This document shows, one piece after another, positions 61,976 through 64,000 of a stretch of DNA of 64,000 nucleotides. Position 1 is the first letter of the stretch. Each line of letters begins with the position of its first letter. The position numbers were made by a program, and so were the translations under genes. Source of the stretch: Hemiscyllium ocellatum (lineage: Eukaryota); assembly GCF_020745735.1 (NCBI RefSeq), contig NC_083413.1, forward strand, positions 80,697,612 through 80,761,611. Reading direction: 5' to 3'. The notes under the pieces are model-generated. The model was not told where the DNA came from. It made no database searches and worked only from the letters and a program-made list of their open reading frames with translations.

Positions 61976-64000
61976 ACAAGATTTTTAGGTATGAGCACCC
62001 CTTCATGAAGCAGTGCTGACTCAGCCCTATGTATCCACGTGCTTCCAATTACTCCACAAACGCATCCTTAATAATGGTCTCTAAAATCTTACCAATGACT
62101 GAGGTCAGAAGTCTCCTGTCTTCTGCCTCCCTCCTTCTTAAACAAGGATATTACACTAAGGATGTCCAGTCCTCCAGAACCTTCCCAGACTCCAGTGATT
62201 GCTGAAAGGCCACCACCAATGCATCTACAATCTCCTTGGCTATTTCCTTCGGAACCATGGGGTGTAGTCCATCTGTTCTGGGTGATTTATCCACCTTCAG
62301 ACCTTTCAACTTCTGCACCACCTTCTCCTTAGTGATGGCCACTACGTTCATCTCTACCCCCTGACTCTCTTGAAGTTCTGGTATGCGGCTGGTGTTTTCC
62401 ACTGTAAACACTGATGCAAATTACCTGTTTAGTTCTTCCATCATTTATTTGTTCCCATCATTACTACTCCAGCCTCATTTTCCAGTGATCCAATGCCCAC
62501 TCTTACCTCGCTCTCACCTTCTAAATATCTGAAAAAAAACTCATGCAATCTTCTTTAATTGCTATCTCATATTTCAGCTACTCCTTCTTTATTGCTTTTT
62601 TACAGTATCCTCTGCTGGTTTTTAAGGCTTCCCAAACCTTTAGCTTTCCTCTAGTCTTCACCACACTGTATACTTTTGTTTTTGTTTCTATGCTGTCCCT
62701 GACTTCCCTTGTTAGCTAGGATTGCATCATCTTTCCATCAGGAACCTTCTTTCTTGGCATGAATTTAAGGCCATAAGACCATCAGACATAAGAGCAGAAA
62801 TTAGGCCATTCAGCCCATCGAGTCTGCTCTGCAGTTCAATCATGGCGATACGGTTCTCAACCCTATTCTCCCACCTTCTCCCCGTAACCCTTGATCTCCT
62901 TGATACTCAAGAACCTTTTTATTGGCGTCTTAAATATACTCAATTACTCGGCCTCCACAGCCTTCTGTAACAATGAATTCCATGATTCCCCACTCTCTGG
63001 CTGAAGAAGTTTCTCCTTATCTCCATTCTAAAAATGTCTTCCCCTTTACTCTAAGGCTGGGCCCTCAGGTCCTAGTCTCTCCTACCAATGGAAACACCCT
63101 CCCAACACCCACTCTGTCCAGGCCATTCAGTATTCTGTTAGTTTCCATTGGATCCCCCCTCATCCTTCTAAACTCCATCGAGTATAAACCCAGAGTCCTC
63201 AAATGTTTGTCATATGTTTAGCTTTTCATTCCTGGGACCATTCTCATGAACCTCCTCTGAACATGATCCTGGGTCAGTACATCCTTCCTGAGAGATGGGG
63301 CCCAAAACTGTGCACAATTCTCTAAATGTGACCTGACCAGGCCCTTATAGAGCCTCAGAAGTACATCGAGGAGAAAGTGAGGTCTGCAGATGCTGGAGAT
63401 CAGAGCTGAAAATGTGTTTCTGGAAAAGCACAGCAGGTCAGGCAGCATCCAAGGAGCAGGAGATTCGACGTTTCGGGCATAAGCCAAGAAGGGCTTATGC
63501 CTGAAACGTCGAATCTCCTGTTCCTTGGATGCTGCCTGACCTGCTGCGCTTTTCCAGAAACATATTTTCACCTCAGAAGTACATCCCTGCTTTTATATTC
63601 GAGTTCCCTCAAACTAAATGCCATCATTGCTTTGCCTTCATAACTACTGACTCAACCTGCAAATTTACTTTGAGTGAAGCCTGGACTTCAGAATTTTCTC
63701 CCCATTTTGAAAATAGTCCATGTCTCTATTCTTCCTACCAAAGTGCATGACCTCACACTTTCCCACGTTGTACTCCATCTGCCACCTCTTTGCCCACTCT
63801 TCTAACCTGTCCAAATCCTTCAACAGCCTCCCCACCTCATACTACCGGTCCCTCTCCGTATCTTTGCATCATCTGCAAATTTAGCCAGAATGCCCTCAGT
63901 TCCTTCATCTAAATCGTTAATGAATAAAGTGAAAAGTCATCGTCCCAACACTGAGCCTTGCGAAACACCACTTGTCACTAGCTGCCACACCGAGAAGGAT
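61975..64000 (-). mobile_element. Two CR1 LINE fragments on the minus strand
   Basis: KLKGLKVDKSPRTDGLHP at 62151-62411; LYKGLVRSHLENCAQFWAP and FADDT toward the right end. Confidence 0.85.
63368..63570. mobile_element. Inverted (hairpin) pLTR dimer with perfect 15-bp TSD, inserted in a CR1
   Basis: CCTCAGAAGTACATC at 63353-63367 and 63571-63585. Confidence 0.88.

Overview
Repeat-rich vertebrate genomic DNA. The HE1/V-SINE, HER1/CR1 and Penelope content points to a shark (elasmobranch); this is an inference. I reconstructed three spliced protein-coding genes by hand, each with frame-consistent splice junctions. (1) The 5' part of SAP130 on the minus strand, with 5 coding exons in 954-12124, a GC-AG intron and a CpG-island promoter at about 13.7-14.2 kb. 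(2) An intact, divergent BEND5-like BEN-domain gene on the minus strand, with 6 coding exons in 28179-36548 (430 aa). The ORF track shows it only in pieces. Its last BEN exon lies beyond a 4.8-kb L1 insertion, and TIR-like inverted repeats sit next to the gene. (3) A RING/B-box1/B-box2/coiled-coil/PRY-SPRY TRIM gene on the plus strand, with 6 coding exons in 37813-52282 (525 aa), head-to-head with the BEND5-like gene. The rest is decayed CR1, L1, Rex1/Babar, Gypsy and Penelope-like retroelements, tRNA-derived SINEs and a MITE. There are also many short Penelope-derived units carrying minimal hammerhead-ribozyme motifs, several inserted as hairpin dimers with 10-16 bp target-site duplications (TSDs). 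Comparisons with human proteins and exon sizes are from memory, not from a search.
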